From Candidatus Poriferisocius sp. (GTDB taxonomy: Bacteria > Actinomycetota > Acidimicrobiia > Acidimicrobiales > Bin134), in the NCBI RefSeq assembly GCF_965204015.1, contig NZ_OZ241965.1, positions 2,090,374 to 2,154,373 of the forward strand: a DNA stretch of 64,000 nt, written 5' to 3'. Numbering within the stretch: the first letter of the stretch is position 1; each line of letters begins with the position of its first letter. The notes beneath the pieces are model-generated. The model saw only the letters and a list, made by a program, of their open reading frames with translations, had not been told where the DNA came from and did not search any database. A program made the position numbers and the translations under genes. Positions 46,264-55,098 of this stretch are shown here, piece after piece.

Positions 46264-46503
46264 TCACCCCCCGATGAGGCTGGCGATGGCCCAGATCACG
46301 ATCACCAGGCCCACTGCGATCATCGCCACGCTGCGCCCCACCTTGGGCTTGGCCGGCTCATCGGGGGCGCCCGGTGGGGGAGGTATGGCGTTGCGGCGCT
46401 GGCGGGGGCCGTCGGGGTTGATCAGCGCGGCGATGTTCCCCACCGCCAGCGCACCCCCCAGCGCCAGCAGCAAGAAAGTGATGATCTCCGGCCCTCCCAG
46501 CAC
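46264..46503 (-). CDS. small two-TM membrane protein
   Basis: It is 79 aa, with two hydrophobic helices flanking a Pro-rich loop. It lies on the same strand between the methyltransferase and the ABC genes. Confidence 0.45.
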   Translation of the reverse strand: MLGGPEIITFLLLALGGALAVGNIAALINPDGPRQRRNAIPPPPGAPDEPAKPKVGRSVAMIAVGLVIVIWAIASLIGG

Positions 46504-46519
46504 CCTCTCAGTCTCGCGC

Positions 46520-47089
46520 CTATATATAGGTGTGAACCGACACGGCGTAGTCGCCGCCCGACCACGCCCCCCGCTCCCACGTCGAATACCGCTCCGACAG
46601 CGCCAATCCCGCCGCCGCGCAGTCGGCGTCGTAGCGATCCAGCCCGTAGCCCCCGCCCCGAAGTTGAAACCCGGCCACCAAAGCTCCGCCGGGGGAGAGG
46701 TGGGCGGCGCAGCGCCCCACCACCGCGGCCTCAGTCCCCGGCACGGTGAACAGCAGCACGTTCCCCGCCATCACCACCGCGTCAAACGCCTCCCCCAAGT
46801 CGAAATCCGCCAAGTCGAGCTGGTGCCAAGTCAATTCCGGCGCCTTGCCCCGAGCCCCCGAGATCATCTCGTCATCGATGTCCACCCCGGCCACCGCATA
46901 CCCCCGCCGAGCCAGCTCAATGGCCACCCGCCCAGTCCCACACCCCGCATCCAGCACCCGCCCCGAACCACCCAAGAGCGAGTCCACAAAATCAGCCTCC
47001 CCATGCGGATTGTGCCCCTCAGCCGCCAACTGCTCCCACCGAGCGTCATAATCCCGCCTCGAAACCCGCCCACCCCAAGTAGATCCCAC
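46520..47089 (-). CDS. class I SAM-dependent methyltransferase
   Basis: 'VLDAGCGTGRVAIELARRGYAVAGVDID' supplies SAM motifs I/II. It starts at GTG 47089. Confidence 0.8.
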   Translation of the reverse strand: MGSTWGGRVSRRDYDARWEQLAAEGHNPHGEADFVDSLLGGSGRVLDAGCGTGRVAIELARRGYAVAGVDIDDEMISGARGKAPELTWHQLDLADFDLGEAFDAVVMAGNVLLFTVPGTEAAVVGRCAAHLSPGGALVAGFQLRGGGYGLDRYDADCAAAGLALSERYSTWERGAWSGGDYAVSVHTYI

Positions 47090-47099
47090 CCGCCGATCC

Positions 47100-47121
47100 T
47101 GTCACAGGGTGGGGGTAGGGT
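47100..47121 (+). promoter_or_regulatory. RecA-NDp / PafBC-type DNA-damage promoter match upstream of lhr
   Basis: The sequence is TGTCA-cag-ggtggggg-TAGGGT. The remembered consensus is tTGTCRgtg-N8-TAnnnT. The -10-like hexamer ends 6 nt before the lhr GTG. Confidence 0.5.
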
Positions 47122-47127
47122 GGCGGC

Positions 47128-50100
47128 GTGGCTTCCCCTTCTAGTGCCGCGGCTGTTGAGGCGGGTGTTTGCGCTGATGTTGGCTATGGGTTTCATCCGG
47201 CGGTGGGGGCTTGGTTTGAGGGGCGGTTTCCGGGGGGGCCGACGGAAGCGCAGGCTGAGGGGTGGCCGGCTATTGCTTCGGGTCAAGACACGCTGATCGC
47301 CGCGCCCACTGGGTCGGGCAAGACCTTGGCCGGGTTCCTCATTGCCATTGACAATCTCTACAAGCGCCACGCCGCGGGCCGGACGGTGGCCAAGGCCAGC
47401 CAGGTGGTGTACGTGTCGCCGCTCAAGGCACTGGCCACCGACATCGCCGAGAACTTGGAGCGCCCCCTGGCCGAGATCGCCGAGGTGGCCCGGGCCCAGG
47501 GCTTCGAGCCCCCGCCGCTCACGGTGGCCGTGCGCACCGGCGACACCCCAGCCCACACCCGGGCGGCCATGATCAAAAAGCCGGCCAACTTCGTGGTGAC
47601 CACCCCCGAGTCGCTCTACCTGCTGGTGACCGCGGCCAAGAGCCGCGAGGTGCTGCGCACCGTGGAGACGGTGATCGTCGACGAGATCCACGCCACGGCC
47701 CGAGACAAGCGGGGCAGCCACCTGGCCCTCACCCTCGAGCGCCTCGAGCACGTGGCCAACACCCGCCCCACCCGCATCGGCCTGTCGGCCACCCAGCACC
47801 CCATCGGTACCATTGCCGACCTCCTCACCGGCACGACCCCCGACACCGAGCCCGGCACCCACTGCACCATCGTGAACACCGGCCACCAGCGCAGCCTCGA
47901 CATCCGCCTGGAGCTGTTCGACGACGAGCTCGAGGCGGTGATCTCCCACGCCCAGATGGACATGATCCTCGATCGCATGGCCAACCTCATCGGCGAGCAC
48001 CACACCACCATCGTGTTCGTCAACACCCGCCGGATGTCCGAGCGCATCGCCCACCAGCTGGCCGAGCGCCTGGGCGACGACGCGGTGGCCGCCCACCACG
48101 GCTCTTTGTCCACCGAGCGCCGCATCCGCACCGAGCACCGCCTCCGAGCCGGCGACCTCAAAGCCCTGGTGGCCACCGCCTCGCTGGAACTGGGCATCGA
48201 CATCGGCCCCGTCGAGCTGGTGTGCCAAGTGGGCTCGCCCCGCAGCATCGCCACCTTCCTCCAGCGGGTGGGTCGTTCCAACCACAGCCGCCATGGCACC
48301 CCTAAGGGCCGCCTGTGGCCCCTCACCCGCGACGAGCTCATCGAGTCGCTGGCCCTGCTCCACGCCGTACACCAGGGCCAGCTCGACGCCATCTGCCCCC
48401 CCGAGGCCCCGCTCGACATCCTCGTGCAGCAGATCATCGCCGAGGCCGCCGCCGACGACCACCACACCACCGACGGCCTCTACGAGCTATTCACCAAAGC
48501 CGCCCCTTACGCAAACCTCACCCGAGCGCAGTTCGACGAGGCCGTGCAACAGGCCGCCATCGGAGTGGTCACCGGCCGGGGCCCCCGGGGCGCCTACCTC
48601 CACTACGACTCGGTCAACCAAGAGGTGCGGGGCCGACGGGGTGCCCGGCTGGCCGCCCTCACCTCCGGCGGCGCCATCGGCGAGAACGGCGACTACCGGG
48701 TGGTGGCCGAGCCCGACGACACCTTCATCGGCACCGTCAACGAGGACTGGGCCGTGGAGTCGATGGCCGGCGACATCTTCCTGCTCGGCTCCCACTCCTG
48801 GCGCATCAAGCAGGTGGCCGCCGGCACCGTGAGGGTGATCGATGCCGGCGACGCCCCGCCTACCGTCCCTTTCTGGCTGGGCGAGGCCCCCGCCCGCACC
48901 GCAGAGCTTTCCCAGCAGGTGTCCGACCTGCGCGCCCGTATACACAGCCTCCTGCCCCAAAGCCCCGACGCCGACCCCCTCGACGAGGAGGCGCTCAACA
49001 CCGCCACCGAGCAATTCGCCCTCACCCACAACACCACCAACGAGATCGCCGAGCAGGCCGTGACCTACATCGCCGCCGCCCAAGCCACCCTCGGCACAGT
49101 CCCCACCAAAGACGACATCGTGTTCGAGCGTTTCTTCGACGACACCGGCGGTCAGCAGCTCGTGGTCCACTCGCCATACGGCGGCCGCATCAACCGGGGC
49201 TTCGGCCTGGCCCTGCGCAAGCGCCTGTGCCGCCGCTTCGACTTCGAGCTCCAGGCTGCAGCCAACGACAACGCCATCATCTTGTCGCTCGGCCCCCACC
49301 ACAGCTTCCCCCTCAGCGATGTCCCTCAGTTCCTGCACCCCGACTCGGTGGAGGAGGTGCTGACCCAGGCCGTGCTGGACTCGCCCATGTTCGCCGCCCG
49401 GTGGCGCTGGAACCTCAACCGGGCCCTGGTGGTGCTGCGCAGTCGGGGTGGAAAGCGCAACCCGCCCCCCATCCAGCGCATGGAGGCCGACGACATCATG
49501 GCCGCCGTGTTCCCCGGCGCAGCCGCCTGCCAGGAGAACGTCGCCGGCCCCATCGAGATCCCCGACCACCTTCTGGTGCGCCAAACCCTCCACGACACCC
49601 TGCATGAGGCTCTCGACGTCGAAGGCCTCACACAGCTCCTCTCCCGCATCCGCTCCGGCGAAGTCCGCACCCACTTCTGCAACACCACCGAGCCCTCCCC
49701 CCTCAGCCACGAGATCGTCAACGCCCGCCCCTACGCCTTCTTGGACGACGCCGAACTAGTCGACCGTAGAACCAACGCCGTCACCGTCCCCCGAGGCCTC
49801 CGCCCCCGCCAAGACCGCCAACCCCCCACCCTCGACCAATCAACCCTCGCCCAAATCACCCCCGACGCCATCACCCAAGTAATCGAAGAAATAACCCCCG
49901 ACCCCAGAACCCCCGACGAACTCCACGACCTCCTAACCACCCAAGTAATCACCCACCCCAACCCCCAATGGCAAGAGCTCTACGAAGCCCTAGAAGAAAA
50001 AAACCGCGTCCAATCCCTGGAAACCCCAAGTAACCACCTCCTCTGGACCACCACCGAGCTAGCAGAGACTGCCCTTAACCCCAACATGGCCACCGAAACC

Positions 50101-51651
50101 ATCCGAGGCCACCTCGAAGCAACGGGCCCAACAACTCCCGAGCAGCTGTCCGCCCAAACCACCCTTCCAATAACAATGGTCCACCAGTCATTAGCCGCCC
50201 TAGAAGCCGAGGGAGTGGCCATGCGCGCGGATCACCTACCTCCCGTGGCAAGTTCAGATCGGTTGCTCCCAGAGGTTTTGGCTGGCCAAGGAGATGACGT
50301 AGGTGCCTCATCAGCGGTGAGCGCCCAACACCCCCCCTACCAACAAAAAAAGGGGGCTGCCCCAACGGTAGGCGTGGTGGTGGGTGGCCGGGCTCTGGGC
50401 GCCCGCCGCCCGGACTCCATGGAGGACGGCGGGCTGAGCCCGGACAGGACCCGCCACCACGCCGGTGGAACACAAGAACTCTGGTGCGCCAGAAGACTCC
50501 TCCAACGCATGTCTTATCTATCAAGACGCCAAAAGCGTCAGTCAGTCCAAGCGGCCTCCCCCCAAGACTTCATGAGATTCCTCCTCGACTGGCACCACCT
50601 AACCCCCGACACCACCGTCAGAGGCCGCCCCGGCCTAACCAAAGTCCTAGAGCAACTCCAAGGCCTCGACCTCCCCGCCGGCGCTTGGGAACAACAGATC
50701 ATCGCCAAACGCCTCCCCGACTACGACCCCCTCTGGCTCGACGAGCTCTGCTACCGCGGCGAGCTCGCCTGGCTCCGCCTCACTCCTCCAACAACGCCAG
50801 CCAAAGCCAACAACATGGCCCCGAGGAAGGCCACCCCCATCACCCTCGTCTTCCGAGAAGACCTTTCCTGGCTCCTCGCCGCCGCTAGAACAGCCAGCCC
50901 CGCAACACCCGAAACAGGTCCTGTCCAAGAGATCGTCGAGCTCCTCGAGTCCCAGGGCGCCAGCTTCCTGCCCGATTTGGCGACCGCCACCAACCGACTG
51001 CCCGACGATGTGGAAAGAGCCCTGTGGAACGGCGTCGCTCTCGGCCTGTTCACCGCCGACGGCTTCGCCGCCGTGCGAGCTCTGCTGAACCGCTCAAGCC
51101 GCCGCCCCACCCGCCGCCCCGGCCCTCAGCCGCGCTCTCCAGCCCTTCGCACCCGCGCCCAGCGCATGAACCGCACCTTAACGATGCGCTCTCCCGCCCA
51201 AACCCACGCCGCCCCCGGGCGCTGGTCGCTCGTCCCCCAGCCCGAGCAGTACCCCACCGAAGACCTCGCCGAAGCCGTCGCCCAGCAGCTCCTCGCCTGC
51301 TGGGGCGTCGTGTTCCGCAGCCTTGCCCACCATCCGGCCACCCCCACCGCGACCCCCTGGCGAGACATCCTCAAGGCCCTGCGCCGCTTCGAAGACCGGG
51401 GCCTGGTGCGAGGCGGCCGCTTCGTGGCCGGCCAAAGCGGCGAGCAGTTCGCCCTCCCCGCGGCCGCCGATCAGCTCCAAAAGGCCCGCCGCCGCCCCCG
51501 CACCAGTCAACAAGTAACCATCGCCGCCTGCGATCCCCTCAACCTCACCGGCATCCTCTTCGAAGGCTCCCGAATCCCCGCCACTCCCAACAACACCCTC
51601 ACCTACACCGACGGCCTACCCGACCCATCCGAGGGTCGACAATCAGCCTGA
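47128..51651 (+). CDS. lhr: Lhr-family ATP-dependent DNA/RNA helicase
   Basis: It has Walker A 'APTGSGKTL', the DEIH box 'VIVDEIHA' and a later 'WCARRLLQRM' DEAD/H-associated region. At 1507 aa it has the size of actinobacterial Lhr. Confidence 0.9.
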   Translation: MASPSSAAAVEAGVCADVGYGFHPAVGAWFEGRFPGGPTEAQAEGWPAIASGQDTLIAAPTGSGKTLAGFLIAIDNLYKRHAAGRTVAKASQVVYVSPLKALATDIAENLERPLAEIAEVARAQGFEPPPLTVAVRTGDTPAHTRAAMIKKPANFVVTTPESLYLLVTAAKSREVLRTVETVIVDEIHATARDKRGSHLALTLERLEHVANTRPTRIGLSATQHPIGTIADLLTGTTPDTEPGTHCTIVNTGHQRSLDIRLELFDDELEAVISHAQMDMILDRMANLIGEHHTTIVFVNTRRMSERIAHQLAERLGDDAVAAHHGSLSTERRIRTEHRLRAGDLKALVATASLELGIDIGPVELVCQVGSPRSIATFLQRVGRSNHSRHGTPKGRLWPLTRDELIESLALLHAVHQGQLDAICPPEAPLDILVQQIIAEAAADDHHTTDGLYELFTKAAPYANLTRAQFDEAVQQAAIGVVTGRGPRGAYLHYDSVNQEVRGRRGARLAALTSGGAIGENGDYRVVAEPDDTFIGTVNEDWAVESMAGDIFLLGSHSWRIKQVAAGTVRVIDAGDAPPTVPFWLGEAPARTAELSQQVSDLRARIHSLLPQSPDADPLDEEALNTATEQFALTHNTTNEIAEQAVTYIAAAQATLGTVPTKDDIVFERFFDDTGGQQLVVHSPYGGRINRGFGLALRKRLCRRFDFELQAAANDNAIILSLGPHHSFPLSDVPQFLHPDSVEEVLTQAVLDSPMFAARWRWNLNRALVVLRSRGGKRNPPPIQRMEADDIMAAVFPGAAACQENVAGPIEIPDHLLVRQTLHDTLHEALDVEGLTQLLSRIRSGEVRTHFCNTTEPSPLSHEIVNARPYAFLDDAELVDRRTNAVTVPRGLRPRQDRQPPTLDQSTLAQITPDAITQVIEEITPDPRTPDELHDLLTTQVITHPNPQWQELYEALEEKNRVQSLETPSNHLLWTTTELAETALNPNMATETIRGHLEATGPTTPEQLSAQTTLPITMVHQSLAALEAEGVAMRADHLPPVASSDRLLPEVLAGQGDDVGASSAVSAQHPPYQQKKGAAPTVGVVVGGRALGARRPDSMEDGGLSPDRTRHHAGGTQELWCARRLLQRMSYLSRRQKRQSVQAASPQDFMRFLLDWHHLTPDTTVRGRPGLTKVLEQLQGLDLPAGAWEQQIIAKRLPDYDPLWLDELCYRGELAWLRLTPPTTPAKANNMAPRKATPITLVFREDLSWLLAAARTASPATPETGPVQEIVELLESQGASFLPDLATATNRLPDDVERALWNGVALGLFTADGFAAVRALLNRSSRRPTRRPGPQPRSPALRTRAQRMNRTLTMRSPAQTHAAPGRWSLVPQPEQYPTEDLAEAVAQQLLACWGVVFRSLAHHPATPTATPWRDILKALRRFEDRGLVRGGRFVAGQSGEQFALPAAADQLQKARRRPRTSQQVTIAACDPLNLTGILFEGSRIPATPNNTLTYTDGLPDPSEGRQSA

Positions 51652-51679
51652 TGAGTGAGCGGCTGGTTACGGCGTCCCG

Positions 51680-53062
51680 CTATGCCCCGCGGGCCATGTT
51701 GGCGAAGCGGGTGTGGTGTTTGATGAAGGCTAGGCGGGCCTTGCCGGTAGGTCCGGTGCGGTGTTTGGCCACCAGCACTTCGGCGGTGCCCGCGTCTTGG
51801 GTTTCGGGGTTGTAGACCTCGTCGCGGTATAAGAACATGACGATGTCGGCGTCCTGCTCGATCGAACCCGACTCCCGCAGGTCGGCGAGGATGGGCCGTT
51901 TGTCCTGGCGCTGTTCCAGATTTCGAGACAGCTGGGATAGCGCCACCACCGGGCACTGAAGCTCACGGGCCAAGATCTTGAGCCCCCGGCTGATCTCGGA
52001 GACCTCTACTTGGCGGTTCTCGGCGGTGTGGCGGCCGGTCATGAGCTGGAGATAGTCGACGATGACCATGCCCAATTCGCCGGTTTGGCTGCGCAGCCGC
52101 CGGGATTTGCCTCTGATCTCCATGATGGTCACCGCGGGATTGTCGTCGATCCAGATGGGCGCCTCGGCAAGTCGTCCGAGCGCGTTGCTGATGTCAGTCC
52201 AGTCCTGGTCGTTAAGCTTGCCGGTGCGAACCCGGGTGGCATCCACACGGGCCTCGGCGCACAGGATCCGCTGGCTGATCTCGAGCTGGCTCATCTCTAG
52301 CGAGAAAACCAACACCGGCTTGTGGGCCCGGATGGCAGCGTGGGCGGCCATGCCCAGTGCGAAGCTGGTCTTGCCCACCGAGGGCCGAGCACCGACCACC
52401 ACGAGGGTGTTGGGCTGAAGTCCGCTGGTGATCTCGTCCAAGTCGTTGTAGCCGGTGGGCGTGCCGGTAATGACATCGCCTTGCTCGTAGAGCTTCTCGA
52501 TGCGCTCCAAGTTGGCCGGCAAGAGCTCGGCCAGGCTGGCCGTGGTATCGCCCATGCGGTCGGCGGCCAGCCGGTACACCATGGCCTCGGCCGAGTCCAC
52601 TGTCTTGACCACGTCGTCGGCACCCTCATAGCCCAGATCGGCGATCTCCCCGCCGACTTCGATCAGCTTCCTGAGAGTGGCTGCCTCATGCACGATGTTG
52701 GCGTATTTGGCCGCATTGGCCGATGCCGGGGTGCCGGTCTGGAGTTTCACCAATGCGGCGTTGCCCCCCACCTTGTCGGCTAATCCCCGTCGGTTTAGCT
52801 CGGCGGCCACTGTCACCGCATCGGCCGGCTCTCCTTGGGCGTACAGCGAGCACACCGCCTCGTACACATGAGCGTGCGCTGGCCGATAGAAGTGCTCGGG
52901 GCGGATCAAATTCACCGCATCAGCGATGGCGTCGCGGCTCAACAGCATCGCGCCCAACAGGGCTTCCTCGGCATCCAGGTCGTGGGGCGGCACACGCCCC
53001 AAGCGCGTCGGCGGCGCTGAGGACCGGCCGTCGTCGGAATAGTCGAATGGATCGCTCACCAC
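51680..53062 (-). CDS. dnaB: replicative DNA helicase DnaB
   Basis: It has the N-terminus 'PPHDLDAEEALLGAML', Walker A 'GARPSVGKTSFAL' and the motif 'IVDYLQLM'. It is 460 aa with no intein. Confidence 0.95.
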   Translation of the reverse strand: MVSDPFDYSDDGRSSAPPTRLGRVPPHDLDAEEALLGAMLLSRDAIADAVNLIRPEHFYRPAHAHVYEAVCSLYAQGEPADAVTVAAELNRRGLADKVGGNAALVKLQTGTPASANAAKYANIVHEAATLRKLIEVGGEIADLGYEGADDVVKTVDSAEAMVYRLAADRMGDTTASLAELLPANLERIEKLYEQGDVITGTPTGYNDLDEITSGLQPNTLVVVGARPSVGKTSFALGMAAHAAIRAHKPVLVFSLEMSQLEISQRILCAEARVDATRVRTGKLNDQDWTDISNALGRLAEAPIWIDDNPAVTIMEIRGKSRRLRSQTGELGMVIVDYLQLMTGRHTAENRQVEVSEISRGLKILARELQCPVVALSQLSRNLEQRQDKRPILADLRESGSIEQDADIVMFLYRDEVYNPETQDAGTAEVLVAKHRTGPTGKARLAFIKHHTRFANMARGA

Positions 53063-53215
53063 TGCGCCTATTGTCCAAGTGGCAGTGACAATTGCTCTGC
53101 CCGACCGGATTCCACGGTTGCCTACTCTGGCAAACCCTTCATGTGGGCCGCTAGGGGAAGCGTTGTTGAAATCGGGGTATAACCTGGGGATTTACCGAGA
53201 ACGGCGTTTCCAGGG

Positions 53216-53662
53216 CTACTCGGCGGCAATTACCTCAACGGTGATGGGGAACTCCACCTCGGGATGGGGTTTGGCCGTAACCATGTGGCTGCCAAGCTCT
53301 TTGATCCCGTCGGAGGACAGGGCCTTGCGCTCCAGCATGATGTTGGCCTGCTCGGCCACGGCCCGCACGATGTCGGCGGTGGTTACCGAGCCGAACAGCT
53401 TGCCCTCTTCTCCGGCCCGAGCCGCAATGTGAATGGGAGTAGACACCAGCCGGCTGGCCATTTCCTGGGCCTCGGCCAACTCCTTGGCATCCCGCAGCTC
53501 ACGCGAGCGGCGCATGCGCTCCGCTTGGCGCTCGGCCCCGGCCGACGACTTGAACGCCTTGCCAGCGGGGATCAAGAAGTTGCGGGCGTAGCCGTCGGCC
53601 ACTTCCACCACATCGCCCTTCTTGCCCAACTCGTCCACGTTGTCACGCAGTACGATCTTCAT
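53216..53662 (-). CDS. rplI: 50S ribosomal protein L9
   Basis: It has the canonical N-terminus '[32 protein letters not shown]'. Confidence 0.95.
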   Translation of the reverse strand: MKIVLRDNVDELGKKGDVVEVADGYARNFLIPAGKAFKSSAGAERQAERMRRSRELRDAKELAEAQEMASRLVSTPIHIAARAGEEGKLFGSVTTADIVRAVAEQANIMLERKALSSDGIKELGSHMVTAKPHPEVEFPITVEVIAAE

Positions 53663-54174
53663 GAGGCAGTCTCCTCGTCGCCCTCCATCGCGTCGGTTGG
53701 CTGCTCGTCGCCTGCTTCCGGAGCGACCATCTCCGAAACAGCCGCCTCCACCATGGCCGCTTCTGCACCCATCACGTCGTCGCCGATCTCCGAGACTTCC
53801 AACTCGTCGTCGTCCATCTCCCCTGCCCCCCGCATGCCGGGTGGCGGTGCAGTGGGCTGGGGGGCCGGTCCGTCGACGCGGTTGTCGTCGCGCATCCGGG
53901 TTGCACTGCGCTGGGTGGTGATCCGATTGTTGTAGGGCAACAGCGCCATCTCTCGGGCGTTCTTGATGGCCCGGGCGATCTCCTTTTGCTGCTGTTGGTT
54001 GTTGCCGGTCACCTGTCGGGCCCGGATCTTGGCCCGGTCCGACATGAACCGCCTCAGCAGGTTGATGTCCTTCCAGTCCACATAGCCGATGCCCTCTTGA
54101 GTGAGGACGCTGACCTTCTTCTTGCGGCGCCGGCTGATGTCCTTGGCCCTCGGCTTCTTGAGTCCCTTAGCCAT
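53659..54174 (-). CDS. rpsR: 30S ribosomal protein S18 with a long acidic C-terminal extension
   Basis: The S18 core '[27 protein letters not shown]...AREMALLPY' occupies residues 1-81. A further ~88 aa follow in the same ORF. It overlaps the rplI start (ATGA). Confidence 0.9.
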   Translation of the reverse strand: MAKGLKKPRAKDISRRRKKKVSVLTQEGIGYVDWKDINLLRRFMSDRAKIRARQVTGNNQQQQKEIARAIKNAREMALLPYNNRITTQRSATRMRDDNRVDGPAPQPTAPPPGMRGAGEMDDDELEVSEIGDDVMGAEAAMVEAAVSEMVAPEAGDEQPTDAMEGDEETAS

Positions 54175-54653
54175 CAGAACGGCTCCTCGTCAACCTGGTA
54201 GTCAGGCGCCTGGCTGCGCTGCTGGCGCCCGCCGCCGCCCTGCTGGCGCCCGCCGCCGCCCTGCTGGCGGCCCCCACCGCCCCCGTCGCGCCGTTCGTTC
54301 CGGATCACCTCTGCTGTCGCCCAGCGCAGGCTGGGGGACACCTCCTCGGCGATAATCTCGACCTTGGAGCGGCGGTCGCCGTCCTGGGTTTCCCACGATC
54401 GCTGCTCTATCCGCCCGCTGACGATCACCCGAGTGCCCTTCACCAGGCTCTCGCTAACGTTTTCGGCCAGCGTGTCCCAACAGGTCACGTCGAAGAACGA
54501 CACCTGTTCCTCGGTCTCGTTGGTCTGGCGGTTCTGCCAGCGCCGGTTCCAAGCCAGCCCGAAGGTGGCCACGGCGCTGCCGCCGGGGGTGAATCGAAGC
54601 TCTGGGTCTCTGGTGATGTTTCCGGTAACGGTCACTGTGTTGTTGAGTGCCAT
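54174..54653 (-). CDS. ssb: single-stranded DNA-binding protein
   Basis: It has the OB fold '[21 protein letters not shown]', a Gly/Gln-rich tail and the acidic tip 'DEEPF'. Confidence 0.95.
   Translation of the reverse strand: MALNNTVTVTGNITRDPELRFTPGGSAVATFGLAWNRRWQNRQTNETEEQVSFFDVTCWDTLAENVSESLVKGTRVIVSGRIEQRSWETQDGDRRSKVEIIAEEVSPSLRWATAEVIRNERRDGGGGGRQQGGGGRQQGGGGRQQRSQAPDYQVDEEPF
54219..54281 (-). repeat. 21-bp tandem repeat x3 encoding (GGGGRQQ)3 in the SSB tail
   Basis: Units 54219-54239 and 54240-54260 are identical. Unit 54261-54281 is degenerate. Confidence 0.85.
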
Positions 54654-54668
54654 GTCTGTCTCCTTGGG

Positions 54669-55025
54669 TTACCCGGCCGTGGCCAGGGGGGTACCGTCGC
54701 CCAACAGGCCGCGTCGGGCGGCCTCTGCGTCGGGCAGACGGATCAGCTTGTGGCGGACCACATCGTCCGCAAGTTGAAGGAGACGTTCCAGGGTGCCCAT
54801 ATCGCGCGTCTCGGTCGCGAACTCGAGAACTAGGTAATAGCCCTCGTGTTGATGGTTGATCTCGTAGGCGAAGCGGCGCTTGCCCCACCGGTCTTCAGAC
54901 ATCACCTGACCTCCGTGGGCGTTGACGTTGTCCGCAACCTGCTCGATGCGGGCGGCCACGTCGGATTCCTCCACGCCCGCGTCCATGATGATCATCAATT
55001 CGTATGCCCGCATGGCGAGCTTCAC
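54669..55025 (-). CDS. rpsF: 30S ribosomal protein S6
   Basis: The 'MRAYELMIIMD' start is typical of S6. Either GTG 55025 or ATG 55013 could be the start. Confidence 0.95.
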   Translation of the reverse strand: MKLAMRAYELMIIMDAGVEESDVAARIEQVADNVNAHGGQVMSEDRWGKRRFAYEINHQHEGYYLVLEFATETRDMGTLERLLQLADDVVRHKLIRLPDAEAARRGLLGDGTPLATAG

Positions 55026-55098
55026 CTCCCTACGGTCCCGGTGCTGACCGGGGCCCCGATCGCCGGGGCAGGGTCTTGTTTCGGGGAAACTCTACCGG

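Noticed and set aside
51680-53062. Possible intein in DnaB (common in Actinomycetota)
   Set aside because: The protein is 460 aa with contiguous helicase motifs and no insertion.
53071-53079. DnaA-box-like TTGTCCAAG upstream of dnaB
   Set aside because: It is a single imperfect copy with no cluster, so it gives no evidence for an origin.
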